From Trichoplax sp. H2 (Eukaryota), in NCBI GenBank assembly GCA_003344405.1, contig NOWV01000124.1:124001-188000 (forward strand): a stretch of 64,000 nt of DNA, given 5' to 3'. Position 1 is the stretch's first letter, and every line of letters begins with the position of its first letter. This document shows positions 50,353 through 63,652 of this stretch, piece after piece. Both the position numbers and the translations under genes were made by a program. Below the pieces are notes generated by a model. It ran no database searches, was not told where the DNA came from, and saw only the letters and a list, made by a program, of their open reading frames with translations.

Positions 50353-50364
50353 TTCCCGCGAAAA
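50353..50364. promoter_or_regulatory. E2F-binding site in the DCTD promoter
   Basis: TTCCCGCGAAAA (reverse complement TTTTCGCGGGAA) fits the E2F consensus. It lies just upstream of the non-coding first exon (donor AAG|GTAAGG at 50484). Confidence 0.65.
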
Positions 50365-50580
50365 TGGAACCTCCACAAAGAGAATAGGCGTACCCTAACG
50401 CCTGGCAGAGATTGTTACTGTCCATTCAAAAAATCAACTTGGCAACCTAATCCGTTCTCATCCACTTTTTCTCTCTTTCAAAGGTAAGGTTGGATTGTTA
50501 TGAGCAATGATTATCCTTTAGCTCAAGCAGATGAGCTATAGTCAGTGTACTTGTTCTTGTTTTCATCGGTTTAGACAACG

Positions 50581-52222
50581 ATGAATCCTACCAACGGAGA
50601 AGAGGTCGTCAAGAAGAGAACCGATTACATCTCGTGGGAAGAATATTTCATGGCCGTTGCCTTTCTATCATCGCAACGTAGCAAGGATCCTAATACGCAA
50701 GTTGGAGCATGTATCGTGAATCAAGAGAATAAAATTGTAGGAATAGGTTATAATGGTATGCCTAATGGTTGTAACGATGACGCACTACCTTGGGCTAGGG
50801 AAGCTTCCAATGCTTTGGATACCAAATATCCGTACGGTAGGTCGTATCATCCTCCAGTTTGTCATCGACATCATCCATGCTGTTGATGATACCATCTATG
50901 TTGTACTCATTCATTACTTCTCCTCTCTTCAAGCTAGTTTGTCATGCGGAAATGAATGCCATCTTGAACAAGAATTCATTCGATTTGAAAGGGTGTATCA
51001 TCTATGTTGCTTTATTTCCATGCAATGAATGTGCCAAGTTAATCATACAATCAGGCATTAAAGAAGTGGTCTTTGTATCCGATAAATATCATGATACCGC
51101 TGCATCCACAGCATCCAGAAGACTACTCGATCTAGCTGGTGTAAAGTATAGGTAAGTAGCCTTCTAATGCTCTAGTGTACACATAATGACCACTATTCAA
51201 TCAATCAACAAACAACACTGACAGCAACCACTTTATTCCATTCATCATCATGCCCTTCCCTCTATGTATACGAGCGTATGAACAAAGTAGGAATGATTTA
51301 CTTCAAGAGTAACCAGCAGCTGCCCTATCCACTGCATCGGTATTACTTCATAAATAGTAGATGGAGATAGGATCGTAATACTGACAGCAACCACTTTATT
51401 CCATCCATCATCATGCCCTTCCCTCTACGTATACGAGCGTATGAACAAAGTAGGAATGATTTACGTCAAGAGTAACCTGCAGCTGCCCTATCCACTACAT
51501 CGGTATTACTTCATGAATAGTAGGTGGACATAGGATCGTATTACTAGCCATGATCAAACTATACAGTAGATCATGAGTTAACGTATTGGCCACTCAATTT
51601 TAGCTGTCTTTAATCTTGAAGAAAGCACTACACAACTCTTTTTTTATCTATAGTATAGTATAGAAAGTATAAGCGAGGCTTGCAACGTATGATCAAACAT
51701 TAGATCAAGAGTCAACGTATTCATCATTCAATATTAGTTATCTTTATCATAAGGAAAGCACGCTACTTCTTCATAATTTAAAGTTCGACCATGACTTGCT
51801 CGAATATTACTGTCTTTATCTCCATAAAAATACACGCTATTGCTTTATTAATCTCATAGAAAATACAGCAAGGATTGCCAATCTTGATCAAACTTTCAAT
51901 CAACAGTCAATGTCCTGAGCATTCAATTTTAGCCATCTTTATTTCGAAAGAAAGTATAGAACTACTTTATTTACTGTATAAGAACATACATTTCCTCAGT
52001 AATGATTACAACTCACGGTCAAATTTTCCATCAGAAGTCAATATATGATCAGTAATGTTTAACCATCTTGATTTTAAAGAAAGGATAGCATTATTTCATT
52101 AACGGTATAGAAAACATTAGTGTTTCGTGATCAAACTTTGGATCGCTAACTTTCAGCTATCTTTATCTTGCAGAAAGTATACTGGCTGCGTTTCCTCTAT
52201 TACGATCAAGTTTGACTGTTAA
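50581..52222 (+). CDS. DCTD: dCMP deaminase; coding exons 50581-50836, 50938-51151, 52174-52222
   Basis: [46 protein letters not shown], zinc-binding VCHAEMNA and [10 protein letters not shown]. The last exon gives [16 protein letters not shown]. Phases are compatible. Confidence 0.95.
51217..52180 (+). repeat. Tandem repeats filling the last DCTD intron: a ~162-bp duplication plus a degenerate ~115-140-bp array
   Basis: actgacagcaaccactttattcca...ataggatcgta at 51218 and 51380. Then tgatcaaac..caattttagct.tctttatctt..gaaag.a recurs about 6 times up to the splice acceptor. Confidence 0.8.
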
Positions 52223-52654
52223 ACGTCCATCAGGTTGTCAATTTCTTCCATTCCTGTATTAGTAATATATATACAATCCATGAGCATTTGTAATATAAGT
52301 GCCTATTTTATAATCATCGTCAATAGACCAGTAGTTAAAGCCTACGCATAATTTCTTATAAATTCATCTATAATATTGAAAGGATTCAAATGCAGAGATA
52401 TCATTCAACCAGAAAGTGCTTAGTGCTAAACTGAAAGTCAAAAGTCAAAGCTGCAACCAGTACTAATGTAAAAAAATGTTCATCTGTACAATATGCAAAT
52501 CGGTTTAAATAATATTTTCTACTTAGATACACCCATAACTTTCTTTTTGCATACTTTTGATGCTTTCAATGTATTACTATTCTCTACAAATATCCATGAT
52601 ATACATACATGAAGAATGTCACTGACACCCTAAACAAGTTGTAAAATCTAATCA

Positions 52655-53010
52655 TTGATATGTTTAACAATCTTTTAGCATCCAGCATTAATGGATGGCT
52701 GACTTACTTTATTGTCGATTTATGTCTCATCTCACTTTGTATCCATACTGTATAATTGCTTACGAGATTTTTGCTGCTCAACAATCTTTGAGCATCCAGT
52801 ATTAAATTGATGCCCACTTACTTTTTAGAAGATTTATGGTTTTGTCTCACTTTGTACTCATACGGTATAACTACTTTCGAGAATTTCTTGTGCTGAACAA
52901 TCTTTTAGCATCCAGTGTTAAATTGATGGCCCTCTTACATTTTTGTAAATTTATACCTTTGTCTCACTTCGTACTCATACTGTATAATTACTGGAGAGAA
53001 TTTCTTCTAC
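52655..53010 (+). repeat. Tandem repeat, ~120-bp unit, 3 copies
   Basis: aacaatcttttagcatccag..ttaa..tgatgg...tctcacttt.t.ctcatac.gtataa at about 52666, 52780 and 52896. Confidence 0.85.
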
Positions 53011-53394
53011 TTTGGATAGGGCAATCGAAGGATATAATTTTTATTTTAACTTAGCATTGATTCACTATGTTAGGAGTACATCTGATTGCTATTGGAAGCA
53101 ATTATTATCGCTTGGGTTGATAAAATAAGTTTTCGTCTATTAAAATAAACATGAAAAATGTATATATCTATTTCATAAGGCTTATTTTTATTGATATGGG
53201 CAAGAATCTGCCATGTTACAATTAACAATGAGGCAACACGTAGTTTCCACTTTTAACCAAACAGCTTGAAAGCAATGTTAAATGATCCTGGCTCTACTTT
53301 GGAAACAATAAGGCAAAGTAACAGCGTGAAAGTAGTACTGTTTATTAAAGTCTTTAACTGATTCGAATACATTTCATATGCATACTCGTATAAG

Positions 53395-53900
53395 GAAATC
53401 AATTGGCATACTTTCTGTCGATACACATATTCTGTTATAAGTTTGATCTAAGACTTACAGTAGATACGTAAAAATCTGGCAAATAGTGCTTTCATTGTGG
53501 TGCTTATAACAGTAAAAACTAATTGCATAAGATTGAGATGGTCTTGAACCAATCCATAGGGTTTGATAGGCATAGGAGCCGATCAATTGCCCAACTTTCT
53601 ATAGATGCGCATATTCTACCATATAATTGATCAGCTTTTACACCGAGTAGACATGTATAAATCTGGGCAAATAATGCTTACGTTTGTGATGATAAAAAAA
53701 GAAAATGACTTTCAATAATACTTAAGAGTTGTACTTAGCTCAATCCAATAGATAATAAATGTTATATGCATATTTGGAGATCAATTGTCCAATTTTAAAG
53801 ATGTGCATATTTTGCTATCAATCTGATGTGACTCACAGTAATACGCAAAATTCTGGAAAATAATACTATATTCTTATTGGTAATTGATAGTATTCAAAAA
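53395..53900 (+). repeat. Degenerate tandem repeat, ~190-bp unit, 3 copies
   Basis: atcaattg.c...tttct...gat.cacatattct....tgat...agtaga.acgtaaaa.tctgg.aaata.tgct at about 53398, 53582 and 53780. Confidence 0.7.
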
Positions 53901-54536
53901 TTAATTTCGTAATAGTTAGAATTGCGTTCTAATCTATCAGCTAGAGTTATCACCTAAATACAGCGATTCTCCTGAGTAAATTAATGATGATTCTATTACA
54001 ATCCACGCAGCATTTCTACAACAACTTTTCTACATCAGAAATTTTAAATTATTTTCGTTGGGTATTCATTGGCATCAAATGCCATATCACCATGGCATTC
54101 TAACTTATTACCATTCTACGAACAAGATCAAAAACGGATTCAAATGACAAATCTAGGTATTGTATTAATGAACTATTGTAATGCAAAATTGAAGGCCAAT
54201 TCTTCTACTCAAGAACTACGCAGAGAAAAGTGATTAAATCTTATGCCTAGACATTGTGCCTTATCATGTGTTCATGCTTGATTCTTAAGATGGAACGTGA
54301 ATCATTTCTTTCCACCAAGACTGCATTACTGTATCTCAAGAGTATTCATAAACCATAACCTTAAAGGATAAATTTGAGCATTTTATTGTTATTGACAGTA
54401 CAACAAGTAGAGCAAATGAGTTGATGAATGTACTGCACTGTTGTTAGTTACTTCATGCAAAACCACTACAAATCTACAGACAACTTGAAAACCACAAACC
54501 ATATATAATTTTTAGGTATCGGCTACGAGAAAAGGC

Positions 54537-55297
54537 TTATTTTTTCAGAGTGATGTATGCTCGCTTAGCACTTTGATACAACACTTGTTCAATCTTAAAT
54601 TTGGTTCGAGCAACTAAAAGCATATCCGAACTGTTAGCTAAATCCCGCAATTGATCCGCTACACACAACCCAAATCGATTAAAATCATCCATCGGTTCAC
54701 CGTCTTCTGATTGCCATTCTTGAATAAGTTTCATAGCTTGAGCAACTAAAACACCCTCTATTTTAGCATTCTTGAATTTCCGTTTTCCTTTCTTCCTGTG
54801 ATGCTTAGGTCGAGTTGCTATTGACATCCCTTCTTCTATTTCTGATCCATCAGTCAATGAAAGCTCGCTATTCCATTGCTCTTCTGTAGTCTGTAAGTAA
54901 GTTTTGCAACTTAGTGTACTAGTAATGGCACAACCAATTTTAAGTTGAAGCATGCCTTTAATTTTGGTGTTGATTCCACCACTTCCCAAGGTGATTCTTC
55001 CAAAGGCTGACACAGACATATATTAGAAAAGACAACGATATGACATTGCAAATGTACATCATACTATTTCTATCCAAATCACTCATTACTGTAGAAATTG
55101 CTTCGACTGACGCTGATTCAATTCTTGTTGAGGTCAAAGAATCATCACTTGGCTACACAATGTGGTTAAAAAGAAATAACGATCTCGATCTTTACAATGC
55201 AAGTAGCTACTGCTCAAATTATTTTCATAAAGCCTACAGTTGATGTTGCTGATGTCTTCCTTCGTAATGAGGCTTTCTGCACATAGAATGCCATCAT
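54537..55297 (-). CDS. Protein with a C-terminal BESS-like motif (MADF-BESS type); exons 55238-55297, 55090-55152, 54537-54890; N-terminus uncertain
   Basis: C-terminal DDFNRFGLCVADQLRDL..RTKFKIEQVLYQ resembles the BESS-like tail of MADF proteins. A basic patch RPKHHRKKGKRK could be an NLS. Phase-0 GT-AG introns join MMAFYVQKASLRRKTSATST|PSDDSLTSTRIESASVEAIST|TTEEQW. Confidence 0.6.
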
Positions 55298-57233
55298 ATG
55301 AAATTGAATCACTTTAGTTTTATTTTAATGCCTATTCTTATTGCCTGTCTAAAATCATTTGGTGCAATACCTGCAATGTTTTTAAGGCCATCAAGAATCG
55401 CTAAAATGAATGGTTTGGTTGATGACTTTAGATGTATAAATAGAACGAGGCCACCAATAAAGGACAGTGGAGAGCCTAGAGTACCGTACTGCTATTACAT
55501 AACTACATTAGAATTTAATTATTGCTTTTGAAACTACAATCCTCTAATCAACAAATTTTTTGAAATAAATTTATATTGTAAGCAGTTTCCAGTTCATTAA
55601 TCTATTTCTAAGTTTTCTATACGCCTACAGATTTAGACTACGAAAAAAATTGCAACGTCATCCAATTTGTAAGTTGTCGAATACAAATTAGTTACTACTC
55701 ATTCAACACCACGGTAAATCAGCCTGCTGTGCTATAAAAGTAAATGGCTGCTCAAGTCTTAGTTAAACTTTAATATACGAGTATATTAAATTAAGCGATG
55801 CGCCAAAAATTGTCAAGTATAGGCTGGAAAAATAAAAGACACAGTAAGAATTACTACTGTAAGCGATCAGAAAGTCTTCTCTCATTTTACATCCGTATAT
55901 ACGTAGAAGACGGTAATTATTGCATAATTTGCATTTGAAATCAGACACAACAATAACTCTAACTTATAAAACTAAATCCAAAGTCATTCACCTACTTCAA
56001 AACTGAAATAGTTTCTTGAATAGAATCAAGCACTAGTGTACCTGCTAAGCATGGCATGTTTTGGATCTGCAATTAGTATAACAATAACTGTAATTCATAA
56101 AACTAAAACCAAAGTCATGTACCTGTTGAAAAGTTGAAAAATAGCTTTACTACTTCAATAGAATCGAGCAATACTGTACCTAAATTGAGAAAGCCAATCT
56201 TTCTTCACCTGTGGTTCATAACATGATCTATTAGCATGCTTAGCTAGATTGAGTTTCTTAGACTCCAATTAATTAATTATAAATAATAAATAAACTATCT
56301 CATATGATAGCAATTCCAGAAAATATTAGATATTTGTCGAAATCATTTAGCTTGTATTTCTTCCATTTATCATTCTGATATTACGCAAAATACAGGGTTC
56401 ATTCCAGTCTATCGGATAGAAATTGCAAAGTATGCAATAATTATAATTTACTATACTATCACATCAATCTACAATTTTCCCTGCTAGATCTAAATCTGCA
56501 TAGTTTAGACTGCCGATTGCTTGGCACTATTAGGCTACTGTTAAAGTTTTAATAAAGAAAGCTAGCGGTATATTAATTCATACTTTTAAATCTCTGTGCA
56601 TTGATAGATGATAAAAATCGTACAACCTGTGCAATGTACATTACTTCTCACTTTCTTATCGCCCTACATGTACACAAGGATTTTATCGTGTTACTAGTGC
56701 AGAATTAAATTAAATAAATATTTAAACAAACTTATTTACGACATTTTGGTGCTTATTCCGGTAATATTGCCTGCGCAAAGTTCGCTATAAAATGTTGCTG
56801 CCATTTATTAGCCTGTAAATACAATTTCATCAGTTTGTTGTTCATGGTGCTATAGGCTCCATACCTTATCTTACATTATAATTATTGGAATTAAGAATAA
56901 GCACAATTTCTTCTTCGCTTAGTGCAGAGGTACCCTATCAATACCTAATTACAGTTATTAATTAATTGCTTTTCATGACGAGTAATGACAATAGATTTTA
57001 TACTAATATAGCAGTCCTGTACACATTCTATACCTATGGATTTCCTACATTGGCCCCACAGAATTACTGTACACTAAGGCTATAAATAACCAAGGTATTC
57101 CTCTCCGGCGTTAGAAAGCCAAAGTCATTAAGAAAGCAGTTACAAGGTAGAAAGAAGCAATTTTACCCAACTCACATACTATTAGTCTTATTTTTGATTA
57201 CACGATCAAGCCTGTCTGCAATATTCATCCATC

Positions 57234-59218
57234 ATGAAGAACTTAGTACTATTCCTCGACATTCTCTTCCTTCTCATCGTTTCCTTGGCTGTGACATCTA
57301 TAGGTAGGTTTACTAGGCAGAATTCAAATACCGATAATAATTCAATTTGGTTCTACTCTTACCTAATTTCCTACTATATTGTGCTTATGTTTGCGTAATA
57401 AGTAAAAGCCCTTCCACTATACTATGAAGATGGACAATCCCATCGCATTTATCTATATCATACTGAGCTTGTGCTTGCAAAGTTGAGTAAATATAGTGCG
57501 TTTCGACTACTGAATCTTGTAGTATTAATCGATTCTTTTTCCATGATAACCTTGAGAATGTGTTCCTGTCATTGTTTGCACAGTAGAGTAGATATAGTAC
57601 TTTTTAACTGCTCAATCATGTAGTATCCAAATTTCTTCCAACACTAGTACATAAAAGTGTATAATTTATCGCTTTTACTTAAATTATTATGTTAAGTTAA
57701 TGCTTGCAAAGGAACGTAAGAACTGTTCAATTGCTAAATCAAGTAATACTAAAATTCCTTCAATTATATCGTGAGGAGAATATATAATCTATTATTTCTA
57801 CCTTAATTATACCGAGTTTATGTTTGCAAAGTTAAGGCGATATAGTAATTTTCAGCCGCTAGTTTATGGATAGTCAAATTTCATATCCTATACAGAAAGG
57901 AAATTATAATAGTCAATCGTTTAGATAATTTAGACTTTGGAAAACTTAGGTCTGAGTAATTAGAACTTCACGTCCTGCCAGAAAATAAATTTTAAAAGGC
58001 AGCCACTTAAAAAGTTATTACGGTTTTGATAGGAGGTGAAATATCCAAGCTCGAATGTACGTTTGAAAGAAATTTTTGTAAATGGCATCATTCGGCAATC
58101 GGTCACTTTGATTGGGTACGCCATAAGGGAAAAACTCCAAGCTCTCGAACTGGACCCTCCAATGATCACACGCCATATCCTCGTGCTCGTAGGATATTTT
58201 TGCTTTCATTTCAATCATTTTGTTTTTAAGGATGATAGCAGAGTTACCTTAATCTATGCTAGATCAAGTTTTTAAAATAGAAACCATGCCTAACTATAAC
58301 GATTTTGAAACTAGGCTACTATGCATACATTGAAACATCAGCTCCACGAAAGGAACTAGACTTTGCGATGTTAAAAAGTGGACCCTTCCATGTCAAAGAT
58401 AAATGCTGCTTTTCATTATGGTTTAATGCCAATGGTGAAGATGTGGGTAGTTTAATAGTATTGGATGGTAATAGCAATATTGCAAACTTTCTGGGGGATC
58501 GTGGTAATGTCTGGCGGAAGATGAAGAAAACGCTTTCAGCTGGTCCTCATTCGGTAAGCCATACATAACTTGACGATGAATACCTCCTTCGACTCAAACT
58601 TTCCCTTTTGCTTATAGCTAAGTATTATAGGTGTACGAGGCAAAAGTTATCGAGGTGATATAGCTATAGATGACATCGATGTCGTTGAAGGTTCCTGTCG
58701 TAAGTAGCATCCATTGGATTGAAAATTGCTTTACACCATTTTAATTCTATATCCATTATTGCATTACAATATTTGGTAATTTATACATACGTCGGTGTTG
58801 ACGTTAATGTATATATATATGCAATTCCATATCGTATACAATCTGTAGTTATCGTTTTTATGTTAGTTATTGCAATACAAATTTTCAGCGATTAAATCGT
58901 GATTTGTTGGTCATTAATGCTTATTTATTAATGATTGACTCAATAGCCAAGTCTACTTGCTCAGATCAACCATGTGTGGAAGGTTTTTGCATTGGAGTAC
59001 CGGGAAAGATTTCTTGCGTTTGCAATCCAGGATATACTGGCAAATATTGCGATACCTCAATCAATGCTCTTCAGGATCAGTCTTTAGCCTTGACAACAAC
59101 TTGCCAAAAGAATCGTTGCAAAAATGGATTTTGCATCGAAACTCCAAGCAACTCGACGTGTGTTTGCAATCCTGGATTTACAGGAGATCGTTGTGATTCG
59201 CGTAAAGATAGTAATTAA
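57234..59218 (+). CDS. Secreted MAM-domain protein with two EGF-like domains; exons 57234-57303, 58033-58188, 58315-58553, 58618-58699, 58947-59218
   Basis: Signal peptide MKNLVLFLDILFLLIVSLAVTSIG. MAM motifs CTFERNFCKW, TPSSRTGPSNDHT, YAYIETS, GDRGNVW, GDIAIDDI. Two EGF repeats ending CVCNPGYTGKYC and CVCNPGFTGDRC. Confidence 0.9.
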
Positions 59219-62200
59219 ATATATCTCCCTACAATTGGCTCTAATCTTTATGAGAATCATATCAGCAAAGGATTAAAATAAAAATTTAACCGAGACATGA
59301 TACAGTAATGAAATAGTTTTTCTATTGCCTAAAGATACTTTTTGTTTGTTGTGAAAGATTTCTCGTATTCAATGCAACGAGAGTCGTCTTTCAAGTCTTG
59401 ATTATCATCATTCAAGTATTTCTTGAGTAGATTGAACAGTGCAGTATCGATGTTGTTTGATAAAAGCATTATGTGAAATTATAAAATATTAATACATGGT
59501 TAATCATCCTTGGATGACCAGCTAAATTTAACGCTTTACTTGTAGAACCGTTGCGAATGATTGAATAAACGTTCTTCTCTAATAACATCCATTCATTCAG
59601 GCTCCGTAAATTTGTTGGTAAACTTGAAAAATTTCATTTGTGAACTGTCAGCAATTGAATACAGTAGAGTCCATATATAATATACGAGGATACAGTAGGT
59701 TTATCTACGATTTATGTAAGATATGGTTTTATTAACAAAGTTGGGGAAACGGATGTGCACAATGAATAATTCTATTCTGCTGACTAGCTATAACTAGGTA
59801 ATGATAGAGCAAATCATCAAGAATAGATTGAATTCATGGACCAACTAAATATAGCTGTTAACATCTTGACTTGTAGAGCAATTCTGAATGAATGACAAAT
59901 AATATTGCTCTAATAATGAGCAGACTCTATTCATTTTTTTCCCTGAAATTTGCAAAATCTCATCTATGAGCCGTCATCCGAAATAGAAAAATCCATAATT
60001 ACATAGGCAATGGACCAATATTATTAAGTCGAACTACGACAGTATGTAAGACATGGTTTCATAAGTAGAGTTAAGAGAAAAAATGAATACGCACAGTCAA
60101 TTGTACTCGCATCCTACATTACTAAACGACCATAAAGTTGGTCGGTTTATGACGCTAGCAAAGTTGGGGAGAAGAAGATGCACGTAGTCAGTTTTATCCG
60201 ACTGACTAACGATCTACAGGAAACGACGTATCATTTATAAATCAATTATCAAGGATAGATTGAATTGAAGGACTAACGAAATATAGCAATTACGGTAACT
60301 TCTTGGATAAACTTGTACAGTGATAGGAATGAGCAAATAAACATTATTCTTTAAATAATGTTCAGACTCTGCTAATACTATGGTATAAAAATCATCAACA
60401 TGGAGTATGATACTCCATGTTGCCGAATTTAGTACCATGGTGTATAATTTATCTCTAAACTTGTCAGATTTCCTTGGTCACCTGCCAATAGGAATAGAAG
60501 AATACGCAATGGACTAGCATAAAAAGCAGGTCGATCGGTGATGCTGTGGATGATACGATTTTAGTAGCAGAGTTGTGGAAAAAAAATATATACTCTCAAT
60601 TCTGTGTTACTGACTAGCTATGGCTAGGGAATAATATAGTAAGTAATAATCAGATTACAAGAGAATTCATGAATTTACTCGAAGTGGTAATCTACGAAAT
60701 AATAACGACATAAGCTGGGTTTGAAAAAAATAGAAAATGGTATATAGTCGTGAACACTGTCGTATAGTAAGAGCTTTGAAGTCAGTAATCATTACTTAAT
60801 TATTGGATTGGAAGATATCTCCATAACGGTAAAGATCGATTCGTTTTGTTGTACCTATGCTAGATACTGCCACTGGATGGATTAGTTCAAGCTCATCATT
60901 GAAATAGGGCATATCATTAGCTTGGTTTGAAACCAATCGAGAAGATATACCGTGGATTAAATATCAGCTTCCAAAAGGTAACTAATCATGCAGTACCGTA
61001 ATGCTTGGAAAAGATTTTGTCAGTTATTTTAATGGCTATCAGATGGTGAATATATTCTTGTTCTTATTGCTACATGAAATCGGGCACATAGGCTATCCTC
61101 TCATAGAATTAATTAATTATTGAGCCCTATTCTACGTAATATCCAGATTCAATTTTACGTCAAACACATTTATTTTACTTTATACTTTATTGTATTAACA
61201 GTAATTCCTTTCAACAGTTTCCTAATTCATATATATTTAACATTATACAAATAACATATTTAGTAAAGATTGATTCCCTTAGTCGTGTCTTGCTACCTGC
61301 AACGCAATTCAGCATTAACAGTATCCACAATGGCTAGAATAAAGTCCTTGTTGTAAATTCATTTTACTATACGCTTGGCCAGTAATTTTCGGTAGCCACT
61401 GCTTCTTCAGGGATTACTTTTATTCTTAAAGAAAACTTATGTTATGGCTGTATTCATTTTACTTAATTATGTAAAGTTGAAGCATGATGGTAAAGATTTA
61501 CTTGTTCCATCTGGTTGCATTACCTGATAGAACAAAATCCAGCGAATAGGATTTATTTTCGTAGACAAGGTGTTTGTTTGCTCATTCAAAGATATTCATT
61601 TGAAGTATAAAGGTAAGAGCAAGAATTAGCTTGAATTGAGGCCTATGCTTGCTGATCTATTTCTACCAGTTTTATAAGCCCAAGAAAATCTCATTACGCT
61701 GAAATTTACTATGCCTCATTGTCTTGCTCTACCATTGCCAATCATTTCAAAAGTCATCGTCTGTCAAAAACTTTTTATTTTCATTCGATGACATGCTTGA
61801 TTGAAGATTTAAATTCATTTTACTTTTATCGTGGAAGGCATACAACCAGAGCATAACGGTAAGATTTGCTTATTCCTTTGCCATGGTTATTATTCCTGAT
61901 TGCCGACTGTCGCAATGATATTCTCATTCGATATCATATATATCCCGGTACTAGTAATGTATTATGCTATATTAAGATTAGTTAATAATCCAAAACGCAT
62001 TATGATAACTAATATACGGTGGTGGACATACCAAGTTAAGATTAGCAGGTACTGTAAGATATCGACAGTGCGGTGCAATGTCCTTAGTACTGTGGTCAAT
62101 TCTATGCCAATCATGATAATGTGTCTAAGGATCGCTTGCATATGTAAGCAAAGCTTGCTCTGTCGATAACAACCGTTATAAGAAAATGGAACTATCAAAA

Positions 62201-63652
62201 TGGCTGTGTAGAAAACTTTATAAAGATTGTATGTTTATTCAATTTTTATCAGAATATTACATGAAATCAAAATTGAAAGGCCCAGTGGCCACCCTTAGCG
62301 ATATAACGAATACTATTTCAAAAATCAACACTCTGTAGAAATGACTACCTTAGAGCTATTCGTTTTACATGAAGAAATCTTTAGGTAAAAAGTACTATAA
62401 GAATCTTATACTGACCTATTGAAATCAACCCATATTCAGAGTCATCTAACAGTAGTATAAATACCCCCGCCCTGCTCGTTTCAAGGGAGGGCGGGTGCGA
62501 ATAGTAGTTGCTCAAGCATGGTGCAAGACTCTTATAGTGAAGAATAGTCTAATATATTCAGTTATCTGCGGAGTTCAGTTGGGAAATCAAGTTGGCGTAT
62601 ATCACTAACATAGAAACTGGAGATACTGGGAGAAGTAACTCGAGCTATTATAGTTGCACGAGAGATTCTTTACTTTGTTAATAAACGTTTCATTTGTCGC
62701 CAAGAGAGCGTTGTGATGGAAGGTCACGTTCAATAATTATTGCGAAATAATTTCAATACAGATATTAATTGAAGACAGTTAAGTCAATTTATTCGCTAAT
62801 GTTTAATTTTTCTAAGAAATTTAGATTGCTGCACCAAAATTCAATTTTTATCTCAATTATGTCGTCTAAATTAAATTACGCGTATTATCGATAAATTACA
62901 ATTATTAATCTATGTGACAATACAAAAACTATATAAAAAGACAATGTTTTAACCTTTAGTAGGTCATGAACTATTAGAATACCAGGTATATTTCTAGTGA
63001 TCCATGAGTAGATGTACCAGTTGTAGCAATCTTCTATAGTATATTACAGTTACAGTAGGCAATATCTTTGCTACTTTTTATAATACTGTATCCCAGTATC
63101 CAAACTACTAGGAAAATTCCTACAGGGCTCCGGCTATACTACTACGAGACCCACATATATGATTCTATTAATACAATTTACTTTTATTTAAAGTTACCGA
63201 TTCTCGATTCCAATACTTTTGACCTTCCAACTTATTCTAAAGTGTCTCAACTTGCAACTTACGCTCTTACGCTTTAGCATGACTGTCACTCGTCTACAGA
63301 TCAACTAACTACTAAACCTAAAGTTACATGATATTATATACAGTAGTGTACTACAGATCGTAATCCTACATGCAATCGGGATCGCTACAATTCTTATTAT
63401 TGTACTACTCGTATATCCTTCTGGCATACCATCCGATTAGTAATGCGAGTATAATCACATTCATACTCACTTTTCAGTGTGTAATAGGGTTACTATAACA
63501 ATCGTAAACAATCTTAGCATTATGGTAGTATACCAGAAAAGCATATAATTAACTAAAGTACACTATACTACTAAACACGCACACTTCTTTCTCTAGTTAT
63601 TACTTCATATTTAGCCATTAATTTTATATTGAGCTAGAAATCTAATCTAGTA

